A stretch of DNA of 23,307 nucleotides, counting the filler, from Malassezia furfur (taxonomy: Eukaryota), in the NCBI GenBank assembly GCA_052055015.1. It is 21 parts of 21 records of this genome, joined end to end, with 100 filler letters (N's around TTAATTAATTAA, not from the genome) between each part and the next. Parts side by side here need not be neighbours in the genome. Positions count along the whole stretch, not along the records: positions 9,015 to 10,028 come from JBQJIT010001332.1; positions 10,129 to 11,141 come from JBQJIT010001333.1; positions 11,242 to 12,253 come from JBQJIT010001334.1; positions 12,354 to 13,363 come from JBQJIT010001335.1; positions 13,464 to 14,473 come from JBQJIT010001336.1; positions 14,574 to 15,582 come from JBQJIT010001337.1; positions 15,683 to 16,691 come from JBQJIT010001338.1; positions 16,792 to 17,796 come from JBQJIT010001339.1; 13 more parts are not named here. One strand, written 5' to 3'. A model generated the notes under the pieces. That model had not been told where the DNA came from. It ran no database searches and saw nothing but the letters and a program-made list of their open reading frames with translations. The position numbers were made by a program, and so were the translations under genes. Shown here one piece after another: positions 9,065 to 17,898 of this stretch. Each line of letters begins with the position of its first letter. The stretch's first letter is position 1.

Positions 9065-9073
9065 ATCAGATAG
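9065..9073 (+). promoter_or_regulatory. Candidate iron-responsive GATA-factor site ATCAGATAG
   Basis: 8/9 match to the ATCWGATAA consensus of SreA/Fep1-type repressors, ending about 48 bp upstream of the siderophore transporter ATG. Confidence 0.5.
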
Positions 9074-9120
9074 GCTTCGCGCGCCTCCACGCGTGCGCAC
9101 CGAAATCCCCTGATCCCGCC

Positions 9121-10026
9121 ATGTCGTCCGCCTCGTCTTCGTCCTCGGACGCGGCGGCGGACAGTGCGGCGTTCGCCGTGCCGCCCGACCTCGGCGCGAT
9201 CGATGCGGGGTCGTACGCATGGGAGCGCGAGGCACGGCACGCGCGCGCACGCTCTGCCGCGCCGCCGTCGCCCGCGCCGCCGACACGCGCGGCGTCGGCG
9301 CCGCTGCCGCTCGACACCCAGCTCGGGCGCGACACGGACATGATGAACTGGAGCACACACATCGACGCGGTCGTCGAAGAGACGCCGCTCATCTCGCTGC
9401 GCGCCGGCCCGAGCCGCGCGCGCCGGCGCACGATTGCGCTGCTGCTGCTGTATGCGTCCATCTTTGTGATGGCGCTCGCGATCTCGCTCGACTCGATGTC
9501 GTTCAACCTGTACCTGAACTATGCATGCTCCGAGTTCGACGCGCTCTCGTCGATGGGCACCGTCGTCATCGTGCAGCAGCTCGTGCGCGCCATCTCGAAG
9601 CCGCCCGTCGCGAAGCTCGCCGACGTCGTCGGGCGCATCGGCACGCTGCTGGTGGTGCTTGCGCTGTATGCCGGGGGCTATGCGATCATGGCGTCCGCGA
9701 CGTCGTTCGCGATGCTGCTCGTCGGCACGATCGCGCAGTCGCTCGGGTCGACGGGCGTGCAGGTGCTGCAGTCGGTGATCATCGCCGACACGACGTCGGT
9801 GCAGTGGCGCGGCCTGCTCATCGCGACGGTCAATTTGCCGTACCTGATCAACTTTGCGGTGACGGGCCCGTTCGTAGACCATGTGCTGCGCACGCACGGC
9901 TGGCGCGCGGGCTTTGCGTTCTGGGTGGTGTGTGTGCCGCTGTCGGCGCTGCCGCTGCTCGTGACGCTGCTCGTCGGCCTGCGCCGCGCGCGCCGCCGCG
10001 CGTGGCCGGCCAGGCGTGCCGCACGG
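9121..10026 (+). CDS. Siderophore-iron transporter, MFS SIT/ARN (Str/Mir/Enb1-like) family, 3'-partial
   Basis: YLNYACSEF...SSMGTV...KPPVAKLADVVGR...IIADTTSVQWRG...GWR with successive transmembrane helices. Start placed at the first in-frame ATG (CCCGCCATG). Confidence 0.85.
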
Positions 10027-10129
10027 CANNNNNNNNNNNNNNNNNNNNNNNNNNNNNNNNNNNNNNNNNNNNTTAATTAATTAANNNNNNNNNNNNNNNN
10101 NNNNNNNNNNNNNNNNNNNNNNNNNNNNC

Positions 10130-11140
10130 GTGCACCTCGACGTGCGTCGGCTGGAAAAAGAGCGTGACGAGGGGGTGCGGCGGCGCGTGCGCCGCGTCGT
10201 GCGCCGCGCGGTGGCGGTCCACAAGCACACACGCGAGGTGCAGGTACGCCTCGACGAGCTCCTCGGCGAGGCGCGCGTCGTACGTGTGCCCCGCGCGGTA
10301 CAGCGCGGCGATCTCCGCGTCGCTCGTCGCCAGCGCCGTGAGCAGCGGGCGCAGGCGCGCAGCGGCACACTGCGCGCCGAAGAGCGCCTCGACGAGCGCC
10401 ACAAGCGGCTGCATCGCGGGCGGCAGGTGCGGCTCCTCGCACAGGCGCGTAAAGAGGCGCACGCACCGCCGCCCGATCTCGAGCGACTCGCGCGGCACGG
10501 CGTACGTCCAGCGCTGGTACGCGGGCCACACGGCGTCGGCGACCCACTGCACGGCACGCACCAGCACCTCGCTCTTCACCGCGAGGAGCGCGGGGGCGTC
10601 GGTGTACAGCGCACGGAGCACCTCGTCGACGAGCGCATTGAGCAGGTCGAGCAGCGCGAGCGTGCCGGCAAACGCACCCGTGCGCACCTCGGCGTCGAGC
10701 AGGCGCGAGAAGGCGCCGGCGTGCGCGCTGCTCAGCGACGCCTGCGACGCGCGCAGCGGCACGGCACCGGGGCTGCCGAGCACGACGTTCGACGACCGGA
10801 TGCGCTGCCACACCTCGTTCGGCTGCAGCGGCAGCACCCGCTGCACGATGCGGTACGCGGCACACACAAGGCGCGTGGGGATCGGCGCCTGCGGCAGCGC
10901 AACACGCAGCAGGTCGAGCGCAATGGCGACGAGGCGCGGCGCCTCCACCGTGTCGTCGTCCTCGAGGTGCGTCAGCAGCGCCGCCGCGAGGCCCTCGTCC
11001 GCGCCGAGCACTGCGCCGAGCGTGTCGGCGATCTGCGCCGCGACCGTCGCGTCGCCAGGTACGCAGTCGGGCGACAGCGCATCCGGCGGCGCGCGGTGCG
11101 CCGCGGCGCTCGCCCACACTTCTTCGTCCGCACGGCGCGG
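10130..11140 (-). CDS. NUP188: Alpha-helical scaffold nucleoporin, Nup188-like, internal fragment
   Basis: Leu/Ala-rich helical repeats. The segment E.RTG.F.GTLALLDLL..LV...KSEVL.RAV.WV...VW..Y..W.Y.....LEIG resembles fungal Nup188 from memory; not confirmed by search. Confidence 0.6.
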
Positions 11141-11241
11141 CNNNNNNNNNNNNNNNNNNNNNNNNNNNNNNNNNNNNNNNNNNNNTTAATTAATTAANNN
11201 NNNNNNNNNNNNNNNNNNNNNNNNNNNNNNNNNNNNNNNNN

Positions 11242-12252
11242 GGCGCTGCGCCCGTGCCGGCGCCGGCGCCCGCCGCGCGCCTACCACCGCACAAGGACCT
11301 TGTCGAGGGCGACCCGGAGCTTGTGGCGCAGCGCACACACACCCGGCAGCGGTACGTTGTCTGGCTTCGCTGACGCAGCATGGACGAGGCGCTCGCAAAG
11401 CACCACGCCGCGGCACTCGCACCGGACACCGCGTCGCCGTTCCGCAGCGCACAGGACGTGGTCGCACGCCTGCTGCCGTACCACGTGTGGCAGGCACCCG
11501 AGCGCGACCTGCTCACCGCCATGGACGCCCGCTGGGCGCCGCCCATCGACGCACGCGACGAGCCGGTGACGTTTCGTGTGCCGTACAAGCGCAAACGCGC
11601 GCAGGAGGACGACTGCGCCGAGGATACCCTGTACCTGCCCCCCTTCCCCAGCACCGATTACACGCTGTCCGTCTACCGGCGGCGCGCCGACCTCGTGCGC
11701 CGCTTTGCGGCCGTGCAGACGCGCGCGTCGACGAGCCACCTGCGCGCGCCCGACCTGAACGCGTCGCTCGAGCAGCTCGAGCGACTCGTGTACGAGGACG
11801 AGGTGCGCAGCTTCCACGAGCTCTCCAACGAGCTGCGCCGCGTGCGGGCCGAGCTCGAAGAGGTCGAGCGCCAGCGCAACTGGCGCTTCGGCGTGCCGGC
11901 TGCCGCGGCGCTCCATACGCCCACGCTCGACCGCACACGCACCGACTGGTCCTCGGCATGGGCCGCACGCCGCTTTGCCGCCGCGCCGGCGCTCGCGGCA
12001 AACAGCCCGCCGCCGAACGGCAGCACAACACCGACGCCGGCGCCCGGCGGCGCACACGCCTCGCCGATTGCGCGGCCGTACGCGCCCGCTGGCAGCACGC
12101 CCATCCGTAGTGCGCCCGTGGTCGCGGGGAGTGCCGCGTCGCTCCCGGCGCTGACGCACGCGGTCGTGACGCACCTCGCGGACCTGACGGCGCGCAGCGG
12201 CGCACCCGCGACGGCGTCGCCGGCACCGGCCGCATCGCCGGCGCCAGCCAGG
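11242..12252 (+). CDS. GLTSCR1/BICRA-domain protein; exons 11242-11351 and 11379-12252; partial at both ends
   Basis: Signature PDTASPFRSAQDVVARLLPYHV followed by a helical/coiled segment (LERLVYEDEVRSFHELSNELRRVRAELEE). Confidence 0.75.
11352..11378 (+). other. 27-nt spliceosomal intron
   Basis: GTACGTTGTCTGGCTTCGCTGACGCAG. Contains an in-frame TGA; removal extends the ORF to the contig start. Confidence 0.8.
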
Positions 12253-12355
12253 GNNNNNNNNNNNNNNNNNNNNNNNNNNNNNNNNNNNNNNNNNNNNTTA
12301 ATTAATTAANNNNNNNNNNNNNNNNNNNNNNNNNNNNNNNNNNNNNNNNNNNNCG

Positions 12356-13147
12356 CTGCTGCCCATCGTGCCGTCGTACGCGCGCCTGCCGCGCGACCTC
12401 GTCTCGGTGCTGTCAGCGGACCGCGGCGTGTTTGTCGAGCCGCACGACGCCGAGCGTCGCGAGGCCGCCGAACGTGCGCGCGACGTGTTTGTCGACGCGA
12501 GCGGCGACCACGCGACGCTGCTCAATGCACTGTACGGCTACCTCGCGGCGCGTGCGCATGCCCATGGCGCGCACGCGGGCGGCGGCGCAAGTGCCGGCGC
12601 GCGGCACGAGCTCCGCATGTGGTGCCAGACACACGGCGTGCACGAGCGCACGATGCGCAATGTGCTGGCGATCCGCAAGCAACTCATGCGCATCTGCCAG
12701 CAGCACGGGCTCCGGTGCGACGACGAGGCGCGCGGCGCCGGCGCGGCGCGCGACGTCCCGCGCGTCGACGACGACGAGGATGCGGACGGCGATGCGCTCA
12801 TCGTGACGCGCGGTGGCGGCGGGCCGGGCACGAGTGCAGGTGCGGCGGGCGCCGAAGACTACTCGGCGCTGTTGCAGTGTCTCGGCCAGGGCCGTCTGAG
12901 CAACACGGCACTGCGGCAGCCGGACGGCACCTTCCGACGCATCGCGGGCGGCCTGTCGTTCAAGCTGCACCCCTCGTGCACCCTGCACCCTGCGCGGCAC
13001 GGCGCGCGCGGCACCTCGGCGGCGTCCGTGCAGGCGATCGTGTTTGAGGAGCTTGTGTTGACGACGCAGGCGTTTGCGCGCACCGTGTCCAAGATTGAGC
13101 CGGCGTGGCTGCAGACGCTCGTCAACGCACGGGCCACGTCGTCCTAG
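12356..13147 (+). CDS. DEAH-box RNA helicase C-terminus (HA2/OB-fold), Dhr2/DHX33-like, 5'-partial
   Basis: SGDHATLLN, WC...V..R.M......RKQL, KLHPSCTL and IVFEELVLTT..FARTVSKIEPAWL. Confidence 0.82.
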   Translation: MLPIVPSYARLPRDLVSVLSADRGVFVEPHDAERREAAERARDVFVDASGDHATLLNALYGYLAARAHAHGAHAGGGASAGARHELRMWCQTHGVHERTMRNVLAIRKQLMRICQQHGLRCDDEARGAGAARDVPRVDDDEDADGDALIVTRGGGGPGTSAGAAGAEDYSALLQCLGQGRLSNTALRQPDGTFRRIAGGLSFKLHPSCTLHPARHGARGTSAASVQAIVFEELVLTTQAFARTVSKIEPAWLQTLVNARATSS

Positions 13148-13362
13148 TCGCTATCGCGCGCTACGTCGGGGTCCGGGGGCTGCCATGTGGCGCTCAGATC
13201 GCGGATGAGCGACTGCCAGTGGCGGCGGTACTGTGCCATGTCGCCCGCGCGCCACACGTCGTCCGGCTGGGCGGCGGCGCGGCGCGACGCGAGCGCCGCG
13301 CGTAGGTACACCTGTGGATCGGAAAAAAAGCACTGGAAGTTGTGCAAGAGGTATAGTCCACA
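13144..13362 (-). CDS. C-terminus of a C48 (Ulp/SENP) SUMO protease, Ulp2-like, 5'-partial
   Basis: Extending ORF 13144-13347 to the contig edge gives CGLYLLHNFQCFFSDP (the preceding C base is compatible with GAC, Asp). This matches the catalytic-Cys motif DCGxYLLH...FxxDP. Confidence 0.7.
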   Translation of the reverse strand, partial: CGLYLLHNFQCFFSDPQVYLRAALASRRAAAQPDDVWRAGDMAQYRRHWQSLIRDLSATWQPPDPDVARDSD

Positions 13363-13463
13363 GNNNNNNNNNNNNNNNNNNNNNNNNNNNNNNNNNNNNN
13401 NNNNNNNTTAATTAATTAANNNNNNNNNNNNNNNNNNNNNNNNNNNNNNNNNNNNNNNNNNNN

Positions 13464-14471
13464 CCCGGCACGCCGCTGCTGCCGAGCGTCGCGTCGTTTG
13501 CGGCGGCGGACGCGACGCCGTCGACGACCGTGTCGCCGCTGACGCCGCGCGACGCGTCGCCGGACACGGCGCTCGGCGTGCTCGAGGCGGACCGCGTCAA
13601 GGAGGACGCGAGCAAGCGGCAGCGGCTGATCAACGAGATCGTCGAGACGGAGCGCACCTACGTCGCGAACCTGCTCGAGCTGATGGACATCTACGTGAAG
13701 CGCGCGCGGCAGCCGCTCGACGGGCACCCCGAGGAGCGCGTGCTGCCCGTGGCCAAGGAGCGCGCCGTGTTTGGGCACATTGAGGGCATCGTCCACTTCC
13801 ACGCGCACGCCTTCCTCCCCGCGCTCGAGCACGCCGCGGCGCCCGCGCTCGGCGCGCCCGCCGACGCTCCGTGCACCGCCGCGACCGCCGCGCGCGTCGC
13901 GCACGTGTTTACGCAGCACGCCGCCTACTTCAAGATGTACATGAACTACGTCAACCAGTACGACTCGGCGGTGCGCCGCATCGCACGCTGGTCGCAGCCC
14001 GTGCCCGCGCGTGCGCGCAGTGGGCCCAAGGCCGCGATCGAGAACGCGGGCATGACGCTCGCGACGCTCGGGCAGCGCCTTGCGCTGCACGCCTCGCCCG
14101 AAGCGGACGCCGCCGCACGCCACGCTACCGACGATTGGGACGCGCTGCCCAACGCGCGCCGGCGGCAGATCCAGGCGTACCTTGCGCAGTGCCGCGACGA
14201 CCCGCGCCACTCGCAGCTGAACCTCGAGGGCTACCTGCTGCTGCCGATCCAGCGCATCCCGCGCTACCGCATGCTCCTCGAGCAGCTCGTGCGCTGCACC
14301 GCCGCCGAGCTGCTCCCGCGCGAGGAGACAGACGCAATCCCGCGCGCACTCGCGCACATTGCGCTCGTCGCGTCGTGGGTGAACGAGGGGAAGCGGCAGT
14401 CGGAGCAGGGGCGCCGTTTGCTGCTGTGGCAGAGCAAGCTGCGCGGCAACTTTTCCGCGCCGCTCGTGCAG
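13464..14471 (+). CDS. Rho guanine nucleotide exchange factor (DH domain), internal fragment
   Basis: KRQRLINEIVETERTYV, FKMYMNYVNQY, LEGYLLLPIQRIPRYRMLLEQL and VNEGKRQSE. Confidence 0.92.
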
Positions 14472-14573
14472 CCNNNNNNNNNNNNNNNNNNNNNNNNNNN
14501 NNNNNNNNNNNNNNNNNTTAATTAATTAANNNNNNNNNNNNNNNNNNNNNNNNNNNNNNNNNNNNNNNNNNNN

Positions 14574-14870
14574 CAGAAAACGGCCAGTGTACCGGCTTCG
14601 GCGCCGCCCGCCGCAGCGGCGCCCGTGGCGCGCGCGGCGCCCGAGGCGTGGGGCTATGCGTATGTGCCGCCGACGCGCCCGATGGCGTACCGCGAGGGGT
14701 ACGAGCGCTATGCGATGTATGCCTACCCTGATCGCTACCGGCACGAGTATGCGGCGCCGTACCGCGACGAGCGCGCGTATGCGCCCGCGTATGCGCCCGA
14801 CGCGCTGTACGCGGAGCGGCGGAGCGACGCGGTGCCCGACGCGGCGTACGAGCGCGCGGCGCCCGCGTAG
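14574..14870 (+). CDS. Tyr/Ala/Pro/Arg-rich low-complexity C-terminal region; the same frame continues past the TAG to TGA at 15033-15035
   Basis: Open from the contig start (QKTASVPA...AYREGYERYAMYAYPDRY...AAYERAAPA*). The 54 codons after the TAG have similar composition. Confidence 0.55.
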   Translation, partial: QKTASVPASAPPAAAAPVARAAPEAWGYAYVPPTRPMAYREGYERYAMYAYPDRYRHEYAAPYRDERAYAPAYAPDALYAERRSDAVPDAAYERAAPA

Positions 14871-15143
14871 CCGGAGCACGCGCGGCGCGACGCGTACGCA
14901 CGCGCCGAGTACGCGCCTGTGCGCCCCGACGCGTACGCGGACGGCGTGCCGCCTGCGCGGCGGGGCTTTTTGCCGCCGGGCCCCAGCCTGGGCTACTTCC
15001 CCCCCCGCGCCGAGCGTGGGTGGCGGGGCGCGTGACACGCGCCTCGGCGATAGGACATAACGCACGTGGCACCTCCGCGGAGGAGGAGGGGCGTGCGTGG
15101 GTACGTAGGGCAGCGCGCGACGGGTGCGGCGAGGCACGACACC

Positions 15144-15581
15144 ATGACGAGCGTCGAGGTGCTGAACGAGTCGCTGGAGCTGCCGTGTGGCGCGGTGATG
15201 CCGAACCGCCTGGTGAAGGCGCCGATGGAGCAGGTGCTCGGCAAGTTCCTCGGCGGCAAGCCGAACGCCGAGCTCCTGCGCCTGTACCACGCGTGGGCCG
15301 CGGCGCACTGGGGCATGATCATCACGGGCAACGTCGGTGTGGACCGGCGGTACATCGGCCTGATGTTCGACATTGTGTTCCCCGACCCCGGGAACGCCGC
15401 GCAGCAGGCCGAGTACCGCCCGGCGTTTGAGCGCTGGGCGCGCGTGTGCAAGGGCCAGGCCGCCGACGACACCGGGGCCGGCATCCCCGCGTCGGCCGGC
15501 AAGCGCCCGCTGGCGATCGTGCAGATCGTGCACTGCGGGCGGCAGTCGACGCGCGGCGCGGGGCGCCCGCCGTGGGTGCCG
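15144..15581 (+). CDS. NADH:flavin oxidoreductase / Old Yellow Enzyme family, 3'-partial
   Basis: LELPCGAVMPNRLVKAPM, LY..WA...WGMIITGNV.VD and IVQIVHCGRQS. ATG in an ACACCATG context. Confidence 0.9.
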
Positions 15582-15683
15582 GNNNNNNNNNNNNNNNNNN
15601 NNNNNNNNNNNNNNNNNNNNNNNNNNTTAATTAATTAANNNNNNNNNNNNNNNNNNNNNNNNNNNNNNNNNNNNNNNNNNNNC

Positions 15684-15797
15684 GCCGACCCCGCCGGCGC
15701 GCGCGCCTCGCCGGCTGCCTCCGGCTCGACGTCGCCCGCCCGGACGGCAAGCTCGGCGACAAGCCGCACCTCGTGGCACTCGGCGCACGATACCTAA
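15684..15797 (+). CDS. Possible C-terminus of an unknown gene convergent with PNC1
   Basis: ADPAGARASPAASGSTSPARTASSATSRTSWHSAHDT*; its TAA is 19 bp from the PNC1 stop. Short and weakly supported. Confidence 0.35.
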   Translation, partial: ADPAGARASPAASGSTSPARTASSATSRTSWHSAHDT

Positions 15798-15816
15798 CCT
15801 CGCGCTGGGCTACGGG

Positions 15817-16536
15817 CTAAAACCCCGACGGTCTATGTATAGCCGCAAGAAGCTCGTCGGTCGTCTCGTACATCTGCACGCCGTACGCCCGCATTTTTTC
15901 GCGGGCGTCCTGCGTGGTTTTGGGATCGACGCCACGCATGCAGTCGTCCACCACATATACACGCAGCCCAAACTTGGCCGCATCCACCGCCGTCGACAGC
16001 ACGCAGTAGTCGGTCGCCAACCCGACCACCACGACGGTGCGAATCGGGTGCGGCTGTGCGCTGAACAGCACGCTGATCAGCTCCGTAAACATGATGTACT
16101 CGTTCGACGCAAACGCCGAGTAGCTGTCAAAGTTGGGGTCCTGGCCCTTTTGCACGTAGTGCACCGGCGTGCCCCACGCCTTGCGCTCGTCCAGCGCCGC
16201 CGTGATCGTATCGTCGATCTCGGCGCCCTGCGTGCCTTGCACGCAGTGCACCGGCCACATCATCTGCGACACCGTCGACTTGCTCTCCCAGAAGGGGTGC
16301 GGCACCTCGTGCATCTGGAACGGCGCGACGCCGTGCCGCTCGGCAAACGAAATATGGTTCGGCGGGTGGAAGTCTTGCGTCGCGACCACCATGTCCCAGT
16401 CGCCCTCCTTGATGATACGCTCGAGGTTCGGCAGGATGCCCCGCGCGCCCGGCACGGCCAATGACCCGTCCAAAAAGTCGTGCTGCACATCCACCACAAG
16501 CAGCGCGATCCCCCCCGGGGGCACGGACGACGGCAT
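15817..16536 (-). CDS. PNC1: Nicotinamidase/pyrazinamidase, 239 aa, apparently complete and intronless
   Basis: LLVVDVQHDF, TQDFHP..H.SF, WPVHCVQGT.GAE, KG....DSYSAF and VGLATDYCV. The Asp-Lys-Cys triad and metal ligands are present. Likely start is the ATG at 16536. Confidence 0.93.
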   Translation of the reverse strand: MPSSVPPGGIALLVVDVQHDFLDGSLAVPGARGILPNLERIIKEGDWDMVVATQDFHPPNHISFAERHGVAPFQMHEVPHPFWESKSTVSQMMWPVHCVQGTQGAEIDDTITAALDERKAWGTPVHYVQKGQDPNFDSYSAFASNEYIMFTELISVLFSAQPHPIRTVVVVGLATDYCVLSTAVDAAKFGLRVYVVDDCMRGVDPKTTQDAREKMRAYGVQMYETTDELLAAIHRPSGF

Positions 16537-16660
16537 CCCACGGCGGCTCCAACCAGGGACCGATGCGGGAATTATGGACCGGCGTGCCTGGCGGCGTGCG
16601 CCGATCGCGCGATTTGGGCACGCGCCAAGCCGCTTGCGTGGGCGCACGTGCTCCCAGAGC

Positions 16661-16683
16661 AAAAAAAAAAAAAAAAAAAAAAA
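16661..16683 (+). repeat. A23 homopolymer upstream of PNC1
   Basis: 23 consecutive A, the only long A/T run in the window. Confidence 0.9.
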
Positions 16684-16793
16684 GACCAAAANNNNNNNNN
16701 NNNNNNNNNNNNNNNNNNNNNNNNNNNNNNNNNNNTTAATTAATTAANNNNNNNNNNNNNNNNNNNNNNNNNNNNNNNNNNNNNNNNNNNNAC

Positions 16794-17795
16794 GTGTGCC
16801 CCGCCCTCGAAGTTGCCGCGGAGCCGGCCGACGACGCGCCGTCGCCCGCGCCCCTGGCGGGCTACGCGGCGGTGGTGCGTCTCGCGCCGCTCTGCACCGG
16901 CCTCGAGGCGATCGGGCGCGTGTGCCCCGTCGCAGGCCTCGATCCGCTCCCGCCGATGCCCGTGATGGTGCGCGACAGTGCGCAGGACGCGCTGCGTGTG
17001 CCGGACGAGTGGGCGCCGGCGCTCGCGGCGCTGCGCGAGGCGCCGACGTGCGTCGGCGTCGTGCGCGGCGCAAAGAACACGGGCAAGTCGGCGTTCGCGC
17101 GCCTTGCGCTGCATACCCTCCTTGCGCGCCACCGCTTTGTCGCGTTCCTCGACGCGGACGTCGGGCAGCCCGAGTTTGGGCCACCCGGGTTCGTGGCGCT
17201 GCACGTCCTGGACGCGCACGAGCTGCTCGCGTACGGCCCGTCGTGGGCCGTGCCGCGCGTCGCGGCGCGTGCGCACTTTTTCGGCGACGCGACGCCGCGC
17301 GACGACCCCCAGCGGTACGCCGCGCACGTCGCGGATCTGATCGCCTTCTACCACGCCGAGCTGCAGCACTACCGCGACGACGCGCGGGTCCTGCACCTCC
17401 TCCACAGCCCCGCGCCGCCTCGGCCGCACCGCGCCGACTACGTGATGCCGCTCGTGGTCAACACGCATGGGTGGGTCAAGGGGCTTGGCGCGGACCTTGT
17501 GGCCCAGGCGACGCAGCACCTGCGCCCGACGCACGACTGGGCGCTCGACACGCCGGCGCTCCCCGCGTTTGGCGAGACGCCATGCGGACGCCATGCGGCT
17601 GCGGCGCGGCGCCGGCGCCTCAATGCCGCCGAGACGCGCACGCTGGCCCTCGTGGCGTATCTGCACGCGACGCAGCTGCTTGCGCCGGGCGTGCCGGTGC
17701 CGCGCTTTGTGTGTGCGCCGCTCGTCGCGCATGTGCCGTGGGTCGTCGACGTGGCGCGGGGCGTGCGGGGCGGCCTGCGCCTCCTGCCGCTCGGC
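16794..17795 (+). CDS. GRC3: Polynucleotide 5'-hydroxyl kinase Grc3/NOL9 (Clp1-like P-loop), internal fragment
   Basis: GAKNTGKS Walker A, FLDADVGQPEFGPPG and PLVVNTHGWVKGLG. Confidence 0.9.
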
Positions 17796-17898
17796 GNNNN
17801 NNNNNNNNNNNNNNNNNNNNNNNNNNNNNNNNNNNNNNNNTTAATTAATTAANNNNNNNNNNNNNNNNNNNNNNNNNNNNNNNNNNNNNNNNNNNNTG

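Noticed and set aside
15091..15143. GTGCGT/GTACGT donor-like sites upstream of the OYE gene
   Set aside because: No CTRAC-type branch plus CAG before the ATG; an intron cannot be supported.
16537..16689. MVFFFFFFFLL N-terminal extension of PNC1 resembling a signal peptide
   Set aside because: Translation of the poly(T) tract from a non-ATG start; the first ATG is at 16536.
17577..17598. 11-nt tandem duplication ACGCCATGCGG in GRC3 suggesting a frameshift
   Set aside because: Grc3-like motifs on both sides lie in the same open frame, so there is no net disruption.
6783..17795. Apparent cluster of ribosome-biogenesis genes (DBP7, Dhr2-like, GRC3)
   Set aside because: On separate contigs ordered only by length; no linkage evidence.
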